A DNA stretch of 64,000 nt, taken from positions 1,922,001 through 1,986,000 of the forward strand of contig NW_024704760.1 of the NCBI RefSeq assembly GCF_018977255.1, in the 5' to 3' direction. Below, piece by piece: positions 1 through 41,633 of the stretch (position 1 is the stretch's first letter; every line of letters starts with the position of its first letter). Source of the DNA: Callorhinchus milii. Taxonomy: Eukaryota. The position numbers and the translations under genes are program-made. Under the pieces are notes generated by a model, which did not search any database, was not told the origin of the DNA, and worked only from the letters and a program-made list of their open reading frames with translations.

Positions 1-869
1 TGGGACGTCCTCCCGACGTGAAAAGCGCTATATCAAATGCGAGGAAAAAGAAAAGGAGATGTCTGGATCAAGGATGTCCTTTGGCCGATTGATCAAAAGA
101 CGGACAGAAAATCCAAACAACCAGCTCCCCATTTCAGCATCAAGTGGTTTCTTAAATGAGTTCAAGTGTCCTACCGTCTGTCAGGGAACCCATCCCAGCT
201 GTCAGTTACCGCTATATACTCCCTGACGACTGTCCAATATTCCCCTTCACATCCCTGAGCCCTGTCAGGCTGCTGCCTTCGTAAAACAATCGGAAGCACT
301 GTTGTGGATTGAAACTTTCTAGTCCACCAAACACTTTAATGACCTTTATTTGGTCGTGGAAACAAAGCAACCACTAAAAGCTCAACGGATTCCATGTGCA
401 GCTACACAAACGCGCTCCTTAAAACCACAAAAGCATCACTTCTCTTTTTTTGGAGTCAACAGTTTGCAAACGTTTGTACTTAAGGAAGTTGTAATATTGC
501 TATTTCGAGTGAGATTGCTCAATTAGTGGAATCGGACGTGGAGACGTGTTCTGGTAATGGCGACCGTGCGGGTCACAGAGCAGGGGGCAAGGTGGGGAGA
601 GGGAGGTGATGGGGGCAGGGAGGGAGGGGGAGAGGGAGAGGGCATTTACAGTGGGAGTTCTAGAGGGTGGGGACAGGGACAGTGTCTGAAAGTTCGGTTG
701 CCTGGGGTGGGGTGAGGACTGTGGAGCTGGTCCAGGTGTGTGGAGCGAAGGGGGAAGAGCAGGAGGACAGGCTGCAGGTCACAGAGGGAGGCAGATTCCT
801 TAAATAATGGAGATATTTTGGTTCGAAAATGGCACAGAAAATGGGTCGAATCGCTCTGTTTATTCTAAC

Positions 870-1100
870 TTCAATATCGGGGAAGCCCCATTTAAATGAC
901 CCTTTGATTTTATTAGGTAAGCGTTTACAGTCACGCAAACTGCCCTCACATGTAGCCTGGGGTCACTTTGTTCTCTTTCCACAACTGTACACGTAGACTT
1001 CCTCCATTGAACTTCCCTTTAGTTATTGGTTTGAAAACTGAGCTTTTTGGCTTGTGAAGCAACGATTCCTCACTTTGTGTTGCACATTTCCTGAAACTTC
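870..1100 (+). promoter_or_regulatory. Candidate leukocyte-type promoter motifs
   Basis: GGGGAAGCCCC at 879-889 (reverse strand fits NF-kB GGGRNWYYCC) and TTCCTC Ets/PU.1 core at 1066-1071. These short motifs are suggestive only. Confidence 0.3.
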
Positions 1101-1181
1101 TGATCAGAAAGCACTTCGACAGTGTATATACATACTGTCGTTTCTCGCGAAGACTGAATGTGGATCTCATCACTGGAAACT

Positions 1182-1221
1182 ATGAAGTTACTGGCTTTGC
1201 TGCTCCTCACTTTTATATCAG
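1182..1221 (+). CDS. Receptor exon 1 (signal peptide)
   Basis: ATG with A at -3, hydrophobic leader, donor G|GTAAGA, phase 1. Confidence 0.85.
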
Positions 1222-4200
1222 GTAAGAACATCCAAACCAAAATGTGCAATAGCTCCACCTTGCTCTCTATACTTGTGCGTTGTGTCCCTTCCAAATTAAC
1301 ATCAAGCGGCACCTCAGTGGCTCAGGGTGGAAATATTTTGTCTGCTCTGGCATTAAATTGTGAGACCCGAAGTCACAGGTTTCTGTCCAGGTCTTTGCTG
1401 AGCTGATCTCACTGGAGATGCTCCTGATCATTGCTCACAGGCTCCTTCTAGAAAATGTTCATGTTGGAATTGGGCTGAACTCGGCCTTCCGCCAGTTAAA
1501 TGACTGCCAACACTCTCACATGAACACTGAGCTATCAGCTATCCCACAGGTGCTGGCACAGGTGGATGGTTCACTGGAACTGTTCCACAGACTGACTGAT
1601 CAAGGCTTTGTTTATTTGTGTTTATCCAAACTTTTTCATGTTACGTTTAATCAACAGGTTCATCAGGACGAATCGAATCAAAAGTGCTAATGGCTAAGCT
1701 GGGAGAAAACATCATTATAAAGTGTCAATACCCGAAACTAACCAGGAAATCAAGGAATTGTTTGTGTAAACAAACCAAAGATAATTACTGCAATTATCTT
1801 GTATGTACTGATGGAGATTTCAACACAGTATATGATGAGAGAGCTTCAATGACTGGGAGCAATGATGGTCCAATTTCTGCTGCCGTGAAGACACTTGAAG
1901 AGAAAGACACTGGGATATACTGGTGTGGAAAAGATAATGGTAAAACTATAGAAATTTCAGAGGTTGTGCTGCTGAAAGTGTTCAAAGGTAAGAATGCCTT
2001 TACATTGACTGATACATTGCAAACCAAATTGTGCTGGAAAGTGCAAACTATACTGTGCTGAGTAGACAGGGTCCAACTTAAACACATCAGCGTTTACATC
2101 GCACTTTACCCAAAGGACTGTCCGAGTATAAACCTATTTACACTTCAATAGAGCCTGACACAAGATGGTCAGATACTTGTCAACAAACATCGCATCAGAT
2201 TGGACAATGAGTAGAAGCAAAATGTTCTCTCTTTTTAATGTCCTATTTTGTTCACCAACAGGTACAGAGAAACCAATGAAAAGACTGGTCGCTGCTGAAC
2301 TGGGAGAGCGAATCTCTGTGACGTGCCAATACAGCAAGAAACTGAGCGATTATAGCAAGTTCTTTTGTAAAGTAATCTCCAATAACGAGTGTACTCGTAT
2401 AGCAGATTCTAATGGGGCTGTGAATGAACCGTATAAAAGAAGAGTTTCCATTACTCATAAAGGGAAAAGTCAGGTCATTTCCATTATCTCAGCAAAGGAG
2501 GAAGATGCTGGGGAGTACTGGTGTGGAGCAGCAAGTGGGAATAAAGTAGAGTTCACACAGGTTAAGATACTACAGATCTCTCATGGTAAGAATCAAGAAC
2601 ATGTAGTACAAGATTATAATAAAAATGTGTTGAAAGTGAGTATTGTTTCCCTGAGGAATGAATATCAGGTGAGAGCTCTAAGAGCTCCAGGACTCTACCC
2701 CATGTGAAGGGCGCTATATAAATGCAAGTTGTTGTTATTGTTGCTACCAAGTGAACCCAGCTTATAACTATCCTGTCCCACTGAAGATTCGGGCAGTTAA
2801 TTTTTCCCCCATTTATTTCACATTCTCTTGGGGATGACGAGGGGCTGGTGATTATGAATTATCATCTGTGCTGCTGTATTTACTTTGATGTATCTCGCAG
2901 GATCAACCGCCTCATCGTTCATTGACACAACGTTCACCACAGCTATCACCAGACCTATCAACAGTTTTGCAGGAAGGTAAGATTTAATTATCAGTGCATC
3001 AATCGATCTATATAACTCTGTCTGAAGGCACACCTAAGACAGGTTACTATTAATGAGACAATGTGGGCAATCACAATTGGAGCAAGCATTTGGCAAACGG
3101 TTGAATTAAGCATCAACTTTCAAGTTGTATTTTTTTTAGTCGTTTTGAAAAGAAAACGTACAGAAAACTGGATTCAAAATTATGGCTGCATTTGTGAATA
3201 TAGGCCAAGTTCTGGGCATTTTGAGGTGCTCGATAAAGAGTGTAAATTTAGACCCAGGTGGAATCACCAAGGTGGTTTGTGTGGAACTGCAATAAGGATG
3301 ACTAAATACTCTAATAAAAGTGGTACCGAGTTATCTTTAGTGTCAGTGGTCAGATGCTTCGGTTTGGAAGGAATGTTTGGGCAGGTCAAATTGGCCCTTT
3401 CGCATGATATGCCCTCAAGTTCTTGACCAGGCCTTGGTCAGCTCGTCCACTTTAATCTTACAGGAGTTTTCCAAACGTGACAAAGTACGTGGTCATCGCA
3501 GTTGTGTTGGGATTTTCTTCTGTGGCCCTGTTTGCTGCCATATGTATATGGAAAAGCAGAAGTAAAACCAGAAAGAACGGTAAGCCACATTTAACTGACG
3601 GTTAATTTAATAGTAAGCCTTGGAACGAGATTGTGAAGAACACTTGGTTTTTAAATAGAGGACACATGTTCCTTCATGAGATTTCAAACAATGTGAGGAG
3701 TACAGTACTGTATTTCTTCGAGATTATAAACACTGGAGCTCTGATAGGCAGCAACTTATTTTCAACATTGAACACCCAAGTGAAATAATAGTGATAAAGC
3801 CCGTCTCCAGGTTTAACCAATTCTAAAAGCATCAGAACTGAAGATCAACGGCAGTAGAATATACTCAAACTGCCTTGTGTTGGATATGGCAATATCTTCA
3901 ATCCATGACTGTTTGTGGGGACGCTGCTGTGCGCAATTGGCTGCCGCGTTTCGCCCACAAATATACAGTCAATTCACTTTACAGTATATTCTGTGAAGCG
4001 CTTTGAGACGTCTAGAAGACGTGAAAAGCGCTTCATCAAATGCAAGGATTAATATTATTATGGCTTGAAGGAAATGGCTGCTCTTTCTGTGTGAGAGGAG
4101 ATGTGTAATATGGATACTCGGATCCTGTTTTGCACAATTCTGGCAGGCAGTGCCTTGGTAGAAACAGGAAGGGAGCTAAGTGATTGCTCATGTTCCCCAT

Positions 4201-5492
4201 GAAATATTCTTCGCATTTTTGTTTGGGTCAGCTAGATGTGGAAATCCATCACCATGCTTAAGAGTATCCAAACCAGAGATCCACATGTATATATCACCTA
4301 CACATGGGAACGTGCACTCTCTCTGAAATGGTGTACCCTGCTAACCTAATTTGAGAGTGTTATAGGTGCAGGTTGGTGAGAGCCAAGGCTTGGAGACCCC
4401 AGAGTGTACATTGGGGTAACTGTTAGAGCTTAACCAGCTAAACTCACCTAGCTTACCACTGAGAGTGCTGGATATCAAGCTAGGACCACAGTACCAGTTA
4501 GGGCTTTGACTTGCAGGTTAACAGGTGCCTAATGGGAAAATTTTCCTGCTCCCACTGACCAGTTTGCGTCTCTAAGCCCCGCTAATGAGCCTGAATGGCT
4601 CGTCTGTCACTAGGATTGCCTTGGGAATACCGTGGACTTGACTGGACCAACACAAAGGGTTGACTTGATTCTTAGCGATAAATGAGCGATCCGTTAATTG
4701 TTCTTTTTAAAAAAACAGAGCAGACTGTGCCAGACGATACAGAAAATCCCGCACCTCCCACAAAGGTAAAATGAATTTAACATATGTCTCCCCTTCTTCG
4801 ATGTTTTTGGTTTGCAGTACGTTTCACCCACAAAATATAGCCAATTCACTTTACAGTATATTTTGTGAAGCGCTTTGAGACATCTCAACGACGTGATAAA
4901 GAGCTCTATCAAATACAAGGATTATTATTAAATTTCCTATTAATTTTGTTCAGGATCTACAACTTCCCTAAAGCATTAACTAAAGTTGGCATCGACGTAA
5001 CTAACCACAGTGGTTTTAACATATCTGCAACTTCTTCCCACAAGGCGAAGCAGATTGCTGGAAACAATATTGGAATTGTGAAGTCATACTTTACCATTGG
5101 GTGCTTAGTTCTGTCGTGTCAAATTCTGTCCTTCTATGTTTCACGTTCTGGATAACTGCTGAAATTGAATCAGAAACAGCATTCCAGCACGAGACACTAG
5201 TTTTACCTACAAAATACAGTCACTCCATTTTACGGTAACTCCTGTGAAGCACTTTGAGACCTTGACAAAGTGAGGAGGCACTATATCAAATGCAAGGCTT
5301 ATACCTGTTACCGTTTCAAGCGAATAACCGAGTACTTGATTTTAGATTCACGGAGGAGATGAAACGATTATCTACGCCACTCTGAAGATTCAACCATCCA
5401 CTGTGCCTGTTGAAAGTGCTGCCAACTTGAGTGATGTTTCGGAATCCGTGGAGTATTCTGCCATTGTGTTCCCATCCTACCACGGTTACTAA
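1182..5492 (+). CDS. pIgR/CD300 (CMRF35)-family inhibitory receptor with two Ig V domains; join(1182..1221,1658..1987,2262..2585,2901..2976,3464..3579,4719..4765,5346..5492), 359 aa
   Basis: All introns are GT-AG with matching phases (1,1,1,2,1,0). The product has a signal peptide MKLLALLLLTFISG, two V domains with C-x7-C and D-x-G-x-YWCG, an S/T-rich stalk, an uncharged TM YVVIAVVLGFSSVALFAAICIW followed by KSRSKTRK, and tail motifs IIYATL and VEYSAI. The in-frame ATG at 1158 has weaker Kozak context than 1182. Confidence 0.88.
1658..1987 (+). CDS. Receptor exon 2 (Ig V domain 1)
   Basis: caacag| acceptor; GENIIIKCQY...LCKQTKDNYC...DTGIYWCG; donor AAAG|GTAAGA. Confidence 0.92.
2262..2585 (+). 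CDS. Receptor exon 3 (Ig V domain 2)
   Basis: caacag| acceptor; GERISVTCQY...KFFCKVISNNEC...DAGEYWCG; donor CATG|GTAAGA. Confidence 0.92.
2901..2976 (+). CDS. Receptor exon 4 (Ser/Thr-rich stalk)
   Basis: tctcgcag| acceptor; STASSFIDTTFTTAITRPINSFAG; AG|GTAAGA, phase 2. Confidence 0.85.
3464..3579 (+). CDS. Receptor exon 5 (transmembrane)
   Basis: ttacag| acceptor; SFPNVTKYVVIAVVLGFSSVALFAAICIWKSRSKTRKN; G|GTAAGC. Confidence 0.9.
3907..4060 (+). mobile_element. 5'-truncated SINE (core plus tail)
   Basis: Matches family core and tail. Further plus-strand copies at about 4820-4930, 5201-5300 and 5715-5775. Confidence 0.8.
4220..4490. repeat. Unclassified old dispersed repeat, copy 1
   Basis: Collinear similarity to 42550-42862. 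Confidence 0.7.
4719..4765 (+). CDS. Receptor exon 6 (cytoplasmic linker)
   Basis: aaacag| acceptor and AAG|GTAAAA donor; phase 1 to 0 bridges exon 5 to the ITIM exon exactly; EQTVPDDTENPAPPTK. Confidence 0.7.
5346..5492 (+). CDS. Receptor exon 7 (ITIM-bearing tail)
   Basis: tttag| acceptor; IHGGDETIIYATLKIQ...ESVEYSAIVFPSYHGY-TAA. Confidence 0.85.
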   Translation: MHGGDETIIYATLKIQPSTVPVESAANLSDVSESVEYSAIVFPSYHGY

Positions 5493-5686
5493 AAACTGTT
5501 CCAGAGAAGTCAAGCAGGAATTCAACAGCTTCTTTTGAGTTTCGCGAAGAATTCATTTGAGGGGGAACGGGTGTTATTACAGTGTAGGTTTACTTATTAA
5601 TTTCTTTTTAAAACATTGGGAGCGGACTGTAGAGGTCTTTTCAGTTCCTGTAGATTCCTACCTTGCCAAGTTTTACTGCTAGTAAT

Positions 5687-5692
5687 AATAAA
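5687..5692 (+). terminator. Candidate poly(A) signal of the receptor gene
   Basis: AATAAA about 195 nt after the stop codon. Confidence 0.45.
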
Positions 5693-8619
5693 ACTTAAGA
5701 TACAAACTATGTTTTAAGATGTCTCGAAGACATGATAAAGCACTATAACAAATGCAAGGATTATTATTATTATTATGTGCCATTTCTACATATCAGCTCA
5801 GTGCTTTAACAATGCCCATATCAAGTTATTTAAATCAGGTAACAATTGTGTCAGAGGTGTGTGTACAGCACAATTTTCAGCAGAGCATATGAAATGCATT
5901 GCGATTGCACTTTAATTACTCTTTGCGTTATTTACCTTTCTCTGCCAGAATTATACAGAATTATGTCTAACAACAGAATCAAGCCAACTAGCCTGTGCCA
6001 CTGTTTAGACTCCACATGAGCCTTCATCTTTCCATAAACCTTATTTTTATAAAAAGTGAAACTTGTTTGGAGGATGAGGAAAGACAAGGAAACATTTAGA
6101 CGTGCTTGTGCTCATTTAGGAGACCTTTATTAAGATTTAAAGACATTTTTCATCTTCTGCTCTCCATAGTACAGCAATTAGAAAGGTTGTATGCAATAGA
6201 AAACTTCCAAATAATATGCATAACAATAAAATGTAGTTTGAATACAACAATAAAAGTACTTCTCGATTATCTAAATCTGAAATTTTGTGAGGCTCCTCTT
6301 TACTGTTGATATACTCATTCACCGTCTCGTAATTTGAAGGCGTTACCCTATCCCACAATACTATTTGGGAGGTGTGACTGATGATGTTGAGGGAGTGGGG
6401 GGGTGTTGCTGCTTTTGAAACAGTACGAATGGTAAAGATTGTGAATGCGCGTCTACTTTGAAACCTTGAAGGCAATTCATCACCAACTTGACCAACTTGA
6501 CTCCTACGGTTGCAGAATGCCTCCTTATGAATGCATTAAAACAAGATAGTTTTCGTTCAAACACTCTGATGCATTCTACCCCCCCACCCCCTCCACCACC
6601 ACCACCATTTCTCCGTTGCTTCCAGTGGTCAAAGTTTTAAGTTTCATCTGAAACACGACATGCACAATACCACTCGTGTGTTGGACTTGCAACAGGGTAG
6701 CGTCCAAGTGCTCTGGGGCGCTATCCTGCGTGAGGGGTGCTATATAAATGCAAGTTGTTGTTACAATATAGTTGGGAGCCACCAAGTTGGATGACTGTGG
6801 TACTGTGGGTGTTTAGGAGTTGTGTTTGGAGGATATTGCACTATCCCTGCACTGTTGGGTTTATTTCACAAGTTACGTATATCGCAAATGGAAGTACATC
6901 AGAAGTGTTGTAATCCAAACCCATGACGCACAAATAATAAAATGGGGGAGGGGCAGTTGACCAGAATCCATCCATTATGAGGATAATTTAGTTCCTTATG
7001 TTTTCATTGCAAAATATTAGGCAACTTCTCTTTAGTCACACTCATGTGTTAGGCTACGAACAGAATTTGTTCCTACTTTTTTTGAACTCCACACTGAACG
7101 GAGTTGCTCTAAGTTTTTGCAAGGACTTTGGAAACAGTAAAACACGCAGGGTACAACATATGGCACATTTTCATCAAAACGATGCACTCACTTTGAAAAC
7201 AACCGTGAATGGATATAAAAACAAACAACACCCAGTGTTTCTGGTCGGCAATGGGCTTTATCGATTCCACTCTTAAAACAGCAGAGAGCATAAGGTAATG
7301 GATTTCAGTGGCATATAATGTACATCATTTCAATCTCTACCTGTTGAAAGTATTTCATACAACTGTTTATTTGACCTGGGCCAGGAAACCGGTCTGATAC
7401 TATCCGCTAAAGTGGATCCCACCCACCTACACTGGATCATTACCATAGCACTTGCTTTTCTGTTGTACACTGATTCACGCAGGACAATAATGTACTTGGT
7501 AATTATCGAAATGCTACAAATTATCTCAAACATATTTCGCCCATGGATTCACACCCATTCTCCAGATGAGTATTTAATCTAGATTTCCGTAACTCACCAT
7601 CAGAGGAGTGTGCCACGTTCTCGCTGCTTGGACTCAGTTGAGATGAAAGTGGAATTCTCTCCCCTCTCTAATCAAATACGCTAAAAGAAGTGAAGTGTAA
7701 CATCACTCACGTGGATTTCAGATTGCATTTTAGAGAACAACAGATACTGGTTGCCTGAAGACACAAAAGACAGGAAAATGCGTCAGATCCACTGAATATG
7801 GATGAATGATTCGCCTGGGAAGAATCGTGTTTATTATAATCAGCTCCAAATACCTCCCTCCCACCCAACAATTGGTTGAAACAAATCGGCTGTCCAGTTA
7901 TCTCCAACAATGGTTGGCCCTACTAAGGCATGTGTATTATCAGGATTATTTAGTTAAAATACCTTTAACTTCCTGGTTTTGCAAGCTGCAATTAACTTTT
8001 CAGGCTGTGGAAACCTTGCAAAGGGACATTTTCCTCCTCTTTCCAACCTTTTATCAAATGAACAAAGGATTATGGAAAATCAGATTTCGATTGTGAATTG
8101 GGATCTCTCTTATTCAAGTGTGTATTGGTGCTGTGAATTTAGTCATTGGAAATGAAAGAGTCAAATGTACCCATGTCCATTTACTCACCTAGAGTACCTT
8201 TCTCAAATGTATTCTCGCAATAGTTTCCTGGTGGCAATTCACAAAAAACCATGAGAGAAGTCAGCCATCGTGATGTATACTGGACATAGAGTTATCACAT
8301 CTGATAGGCACCTTTCTTTAGCAAATAGTTAATTTGTCTCCTCTGATGTTCTGCACCTTGAAATGAAAGACTCTTCTGACTTTTAATTCTAAATTCTATC
8401 CACGGTTAAAAAACAGGACTTGAAATTTGTGGACCTAAAATGCAAACTTGAGAACACTGCCTACAAAAGGCTTGGGCTACCTTCTTTCATGCCACCCCTG
8501 TTAAGAGATTAATTATTTAATGAGTTTCTAACCTCTGAGCTCTTTATCTCAGGTAGGTCATAGGGGCAAAAGGAAGGGAAAACAACATCAACAAATTACA
8601 TTTACACAGCACCTTTCAA

Positions 8620-8750
8620 GTCGAGAGGATGTCCCAAGATGCTGGACGGACATGAAGGAGGCTGGAGCTGCTGAGCGGAGGGAGTGGACAGGTCGATATG
8701 GCGTTAGCAGGTCATAGAGATGGAAGGGAGACGTGGGCAAAGAGGGATAA
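8620..8750 (-). mobile_element. L2 ORF2 remnant
   Basis: LYDLLTPYRPVHSLRS motif. A more decayed L2-like remnant lies at about 560-830 on the minus strand. Confidence 0.55.
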
Positions 8751-9137
8751 AAACAAAACACAAAACAAAAAAAATTCTCACAAGTTTCTGCGAGTTTGAC
8801 CATATGCCGCCAAACTTAAAGAGTTTTATATAAAAAAAAAGCTGTTTTCGTTTGGCCAAACAGCTGTCTCAAACTGCTCTGGAAGAAATGCGGAAGCAGA
8901 TAAAAATTTAGAAAGACCACAAAATGGAGCGATTTGCATACAATGTACCTTTTGCAAGGAGGAATATTAAATACCATTTTAATTGCCGTTAGCCTTCAAA
9001 AGTGCAATCACAGGAACAAAGGAGGGCTGTGCCAAACAAAAGGTGCCAACTGAAATCTGCCATGAAACCTTAATATTTTGAACACAGTAAATCCTTTACA
9101 AAAACCATAAAGAAAAAAAAAAGCAACTCGCATTGAA

Positions 9138-9143
9138 TTTATT
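9138..9143 (-). terminator. Candidate AHCYL1 poly(A) signal
   Basis: AATAAA on the minus strand about 1.95 kb past the stop, with a U-rich tract 16-25 nt downstream. Other AATAAA candidates exist. Confidence 0.35.
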
Positions 9144-9526
9144 TGAGGCACACGGGCTCAAATTACAATTATTTTCTATAAACAGGTGAGTTACCCAGCA
9201 AACATTAAAACTACATATTTCAGTGGTTCCTTTTTGCCTCGACACCTTGCAACAGGTTGCTACCGTTCACCATTCTGGTGGTACAAGACGAAAAGATAAC
9301 TGGCTGATTATTTTTTCATTACTCTCAATTAAAACCATCTTGTTGCAATTGGCACAGCCTCCTCCCCATGTTAGGAGCATGTTTCGATTGAACAAACCTT
9401 TTGTGTTTCCACAACTCATTCTTTTCATTCTTTATTTTTTTAAAAATATATATTTTTCACGGAATTGGAGTGAAAGTATTTTCTAGTCACGTGGTTCAGG
9501 TTCAGAAGGCATACATCCCACTGTGT

Positions 9527-9792
9527 TAATAATAATAATAAACCTTGCATTTGATATAGCGCCTTGTCACATCGAGACCTCTCAAAGCGCTTCACAGCAT
9601 GTACTGAAAAGTGAATTGACTGTATGTTTTGTGGGAGACACTCAGCCGCCAATTGGGCACAGCAGAGTCCCACAAACAGCCGTGACCAAATCATTAAAAA
9701 AAACCTGACCCAACGTTTCGTACTGCCCAGGAATCAAACCCAGGTCCTCTCGTTGCGAGTTGACCGCTCTAACCACTAAACTACAGGACTCC
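9527..9792 (-). mobile_element. SINE with head, in the probable AHCYL1 3' UTR
   Basis: (AAT)n tail, core, and head ending CTACAGGACTCC. Confidence 0.8.
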
Positions 9793-10186
9793 CATTAGTA
9801 CAGATCAGCAGAATCCATGCTTCTTCCCCTCCGCACCCACCCACCCCCACACCCCCATCTGGATAAAGTGTTAGCCGCAGAAATAACCACTTTACAAACA
9901 AAACACAGTATCTACAGTATGAATTGGACGTGCTTGGATACAAAAGAATATCTGTGGAATGTGAACCCATCAGGATGTAAAAATCAGACATCACTGTGGA
10001 TGGCAAGTACTGTTTGGCACGTTCTTATCCTGATCTAATATGGTTTTGTCCAAACGTAACCAACTACAATTAGAATTGACACAGATTTTTGAAAAAAAAA
10101 CTTGAAAAAATATTTATTTTCCTGTTAAACCCTGGGACTTTAGCTTCTACTGTCCTTTGTCTAAATGATTAGCGCCTGAAGTGTAA

Positions 10187-10345
10187 TAATAATACTTGCA
10201 TTTGATATAGCATGTTATCTCGTCTTTGAGACGCCTCAAAGAGTTTCACAGAATACACTGTAAAGTGAATTGACTGTATATTTTGTGGGCGAAAGGTGGC
10301 AGCCAATTGCGCTCAGCAGCGTCCCCACAAACAGTGGTGGCTTGA
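10187..10345 (-). mobile_element. 5'-truncated SINE
   Basis: Family core and tail. Confidence 0.75.
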
Positions 10346-11092
10346 GTCACCAAATTATTATTATTATTACTTTTTTTGAGCCGATTATTCCCCTTCTAGT
10401 GTCTAGTGGTGTCAATCTAGAATATGTATGAATAAGGCTGAGCATTGCATTGCATGAAGGTGACATGATCTGAGCTGCCTCGTCACAAGAACATTCACAT
10501 TCTTTTGGCGACACAACTGTATTCACAGCTGCTTCAGTGCTGAATTGGGTTGACTTAAAAGGTGATACGATTGGCCATGGATTCTGAAAACCCAAGTATC
10601 ACAAAACTCTGCCACCCAAGAGCAGACTTTTTTTTTTTAAAAAAAAGACACATACAAAAGAATCCTTTGGAATAGTTTGAATTGAGCCTAAAACTCCCAA
10701 TTTTGCGGCTAAAATAAACCCCAAAAGGTAAAAATTCTTAAATTACAGTACTATTGGATTTCACAACATCGATCATCGGACAGCCTCAAATGGTTTGATG
10801 GAGACTGCTTTGTCACATTGTAATGGGACAGTTGCATCTTTCAGCAGTACATTGGAAGTTAAATGCTCTAGTTTAGGATCATAATCACAGAATGGTAAGA
10901 GAAATAAAGTTATATGATAAAGTTACAAGCAAAGGCTAGGCCGTTAAAGAAATAAGATGCCTAGGAGTGCAGAAGTGCTCTTCAAATACATTTAGTGAGC
11001 AGTCAAACAGCTAGGCTGGTGCCTACTATACATTCTTCTACTGAGGTTTCATACAACTTGGTCCTTCTTTCATTCATTTTGAAGTTGTGCAC

Positions 11093-41154
<30,062 letters not shown>

Positions 41155-41509
41155 GTTATAACGCTTCTCAAAAGGAGGGGATGTGGGGTGGTGGGGGGGG
41201 AGGGCTCGGAATGAGGAAGGAAGGAAGGAAGGGATGTGCGCGCGGAGAGGAACTCTCTTCTTTTTGTGTGTGTGTGTGTGTGTTTTGCCCTTTCTCCCTC
41301 CGACCTTTCTTCTACTCGCGTTCGACGTTACGAGCGAACGGTGCGGGCGGCGGAGCGCGGAGTCAGGAGTAGAGAGCGAGAGAGAGAGAGAGAGGAGTCT
41401 GCGGCTCTGTTTACGTTGGACGCTCAAAGCGCCGCCTTCTCTCCTCCCTCCCGATTCCTCCTCACCGCTGGGCGTACGGCGTAATACGCGTGCACGTTTT
41501 CTCCGGCGC

Positions 41510-41601
41510 CGCTGCCAGCGCTCGACGTCAGCCGCCCGCTGCCAGCACTCTGACGTCAGACGTCGCTGCCAGCACTCTGACGTCAGACGCCCGCTGCCAG
41601 C
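41510..41601. promoter_or_regulatory. 27-28 bp tandem repeat (3.3 units) carrying CRE sites
   Basis: Unit CGCTGCCAGCACTCTGACGTCAGACG(T/CC); perfect TGACGTCA at 41551-41558 and 41578-41585, CGACGTCA at 41523-41530. Confidence 0.75.
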
Positions 41602-41633
41602 CCACTGGACCAGTTGGAAGCATTGACATCTGA

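Noticed and set aside
4110-4202. Signal-peptide-like ORF MDTRILFCTILAGSALVETG in the receptor intron
   Set aside because: No canonical donor and no downstream Ig exon to join.
5011-5076. ITIM-like LTYLQL after a cacag acceptor
   Set aside because: No usable donor in the right phase, and exon 4719-4765 already bridges the frame.
1182-5492. Assigning the symbol PIGR or CD300LF
   Set aside because: Family membership is clear, but orthology cannot be fixed without a phylogeny. An ITIM tail is not typical of true pIgR.
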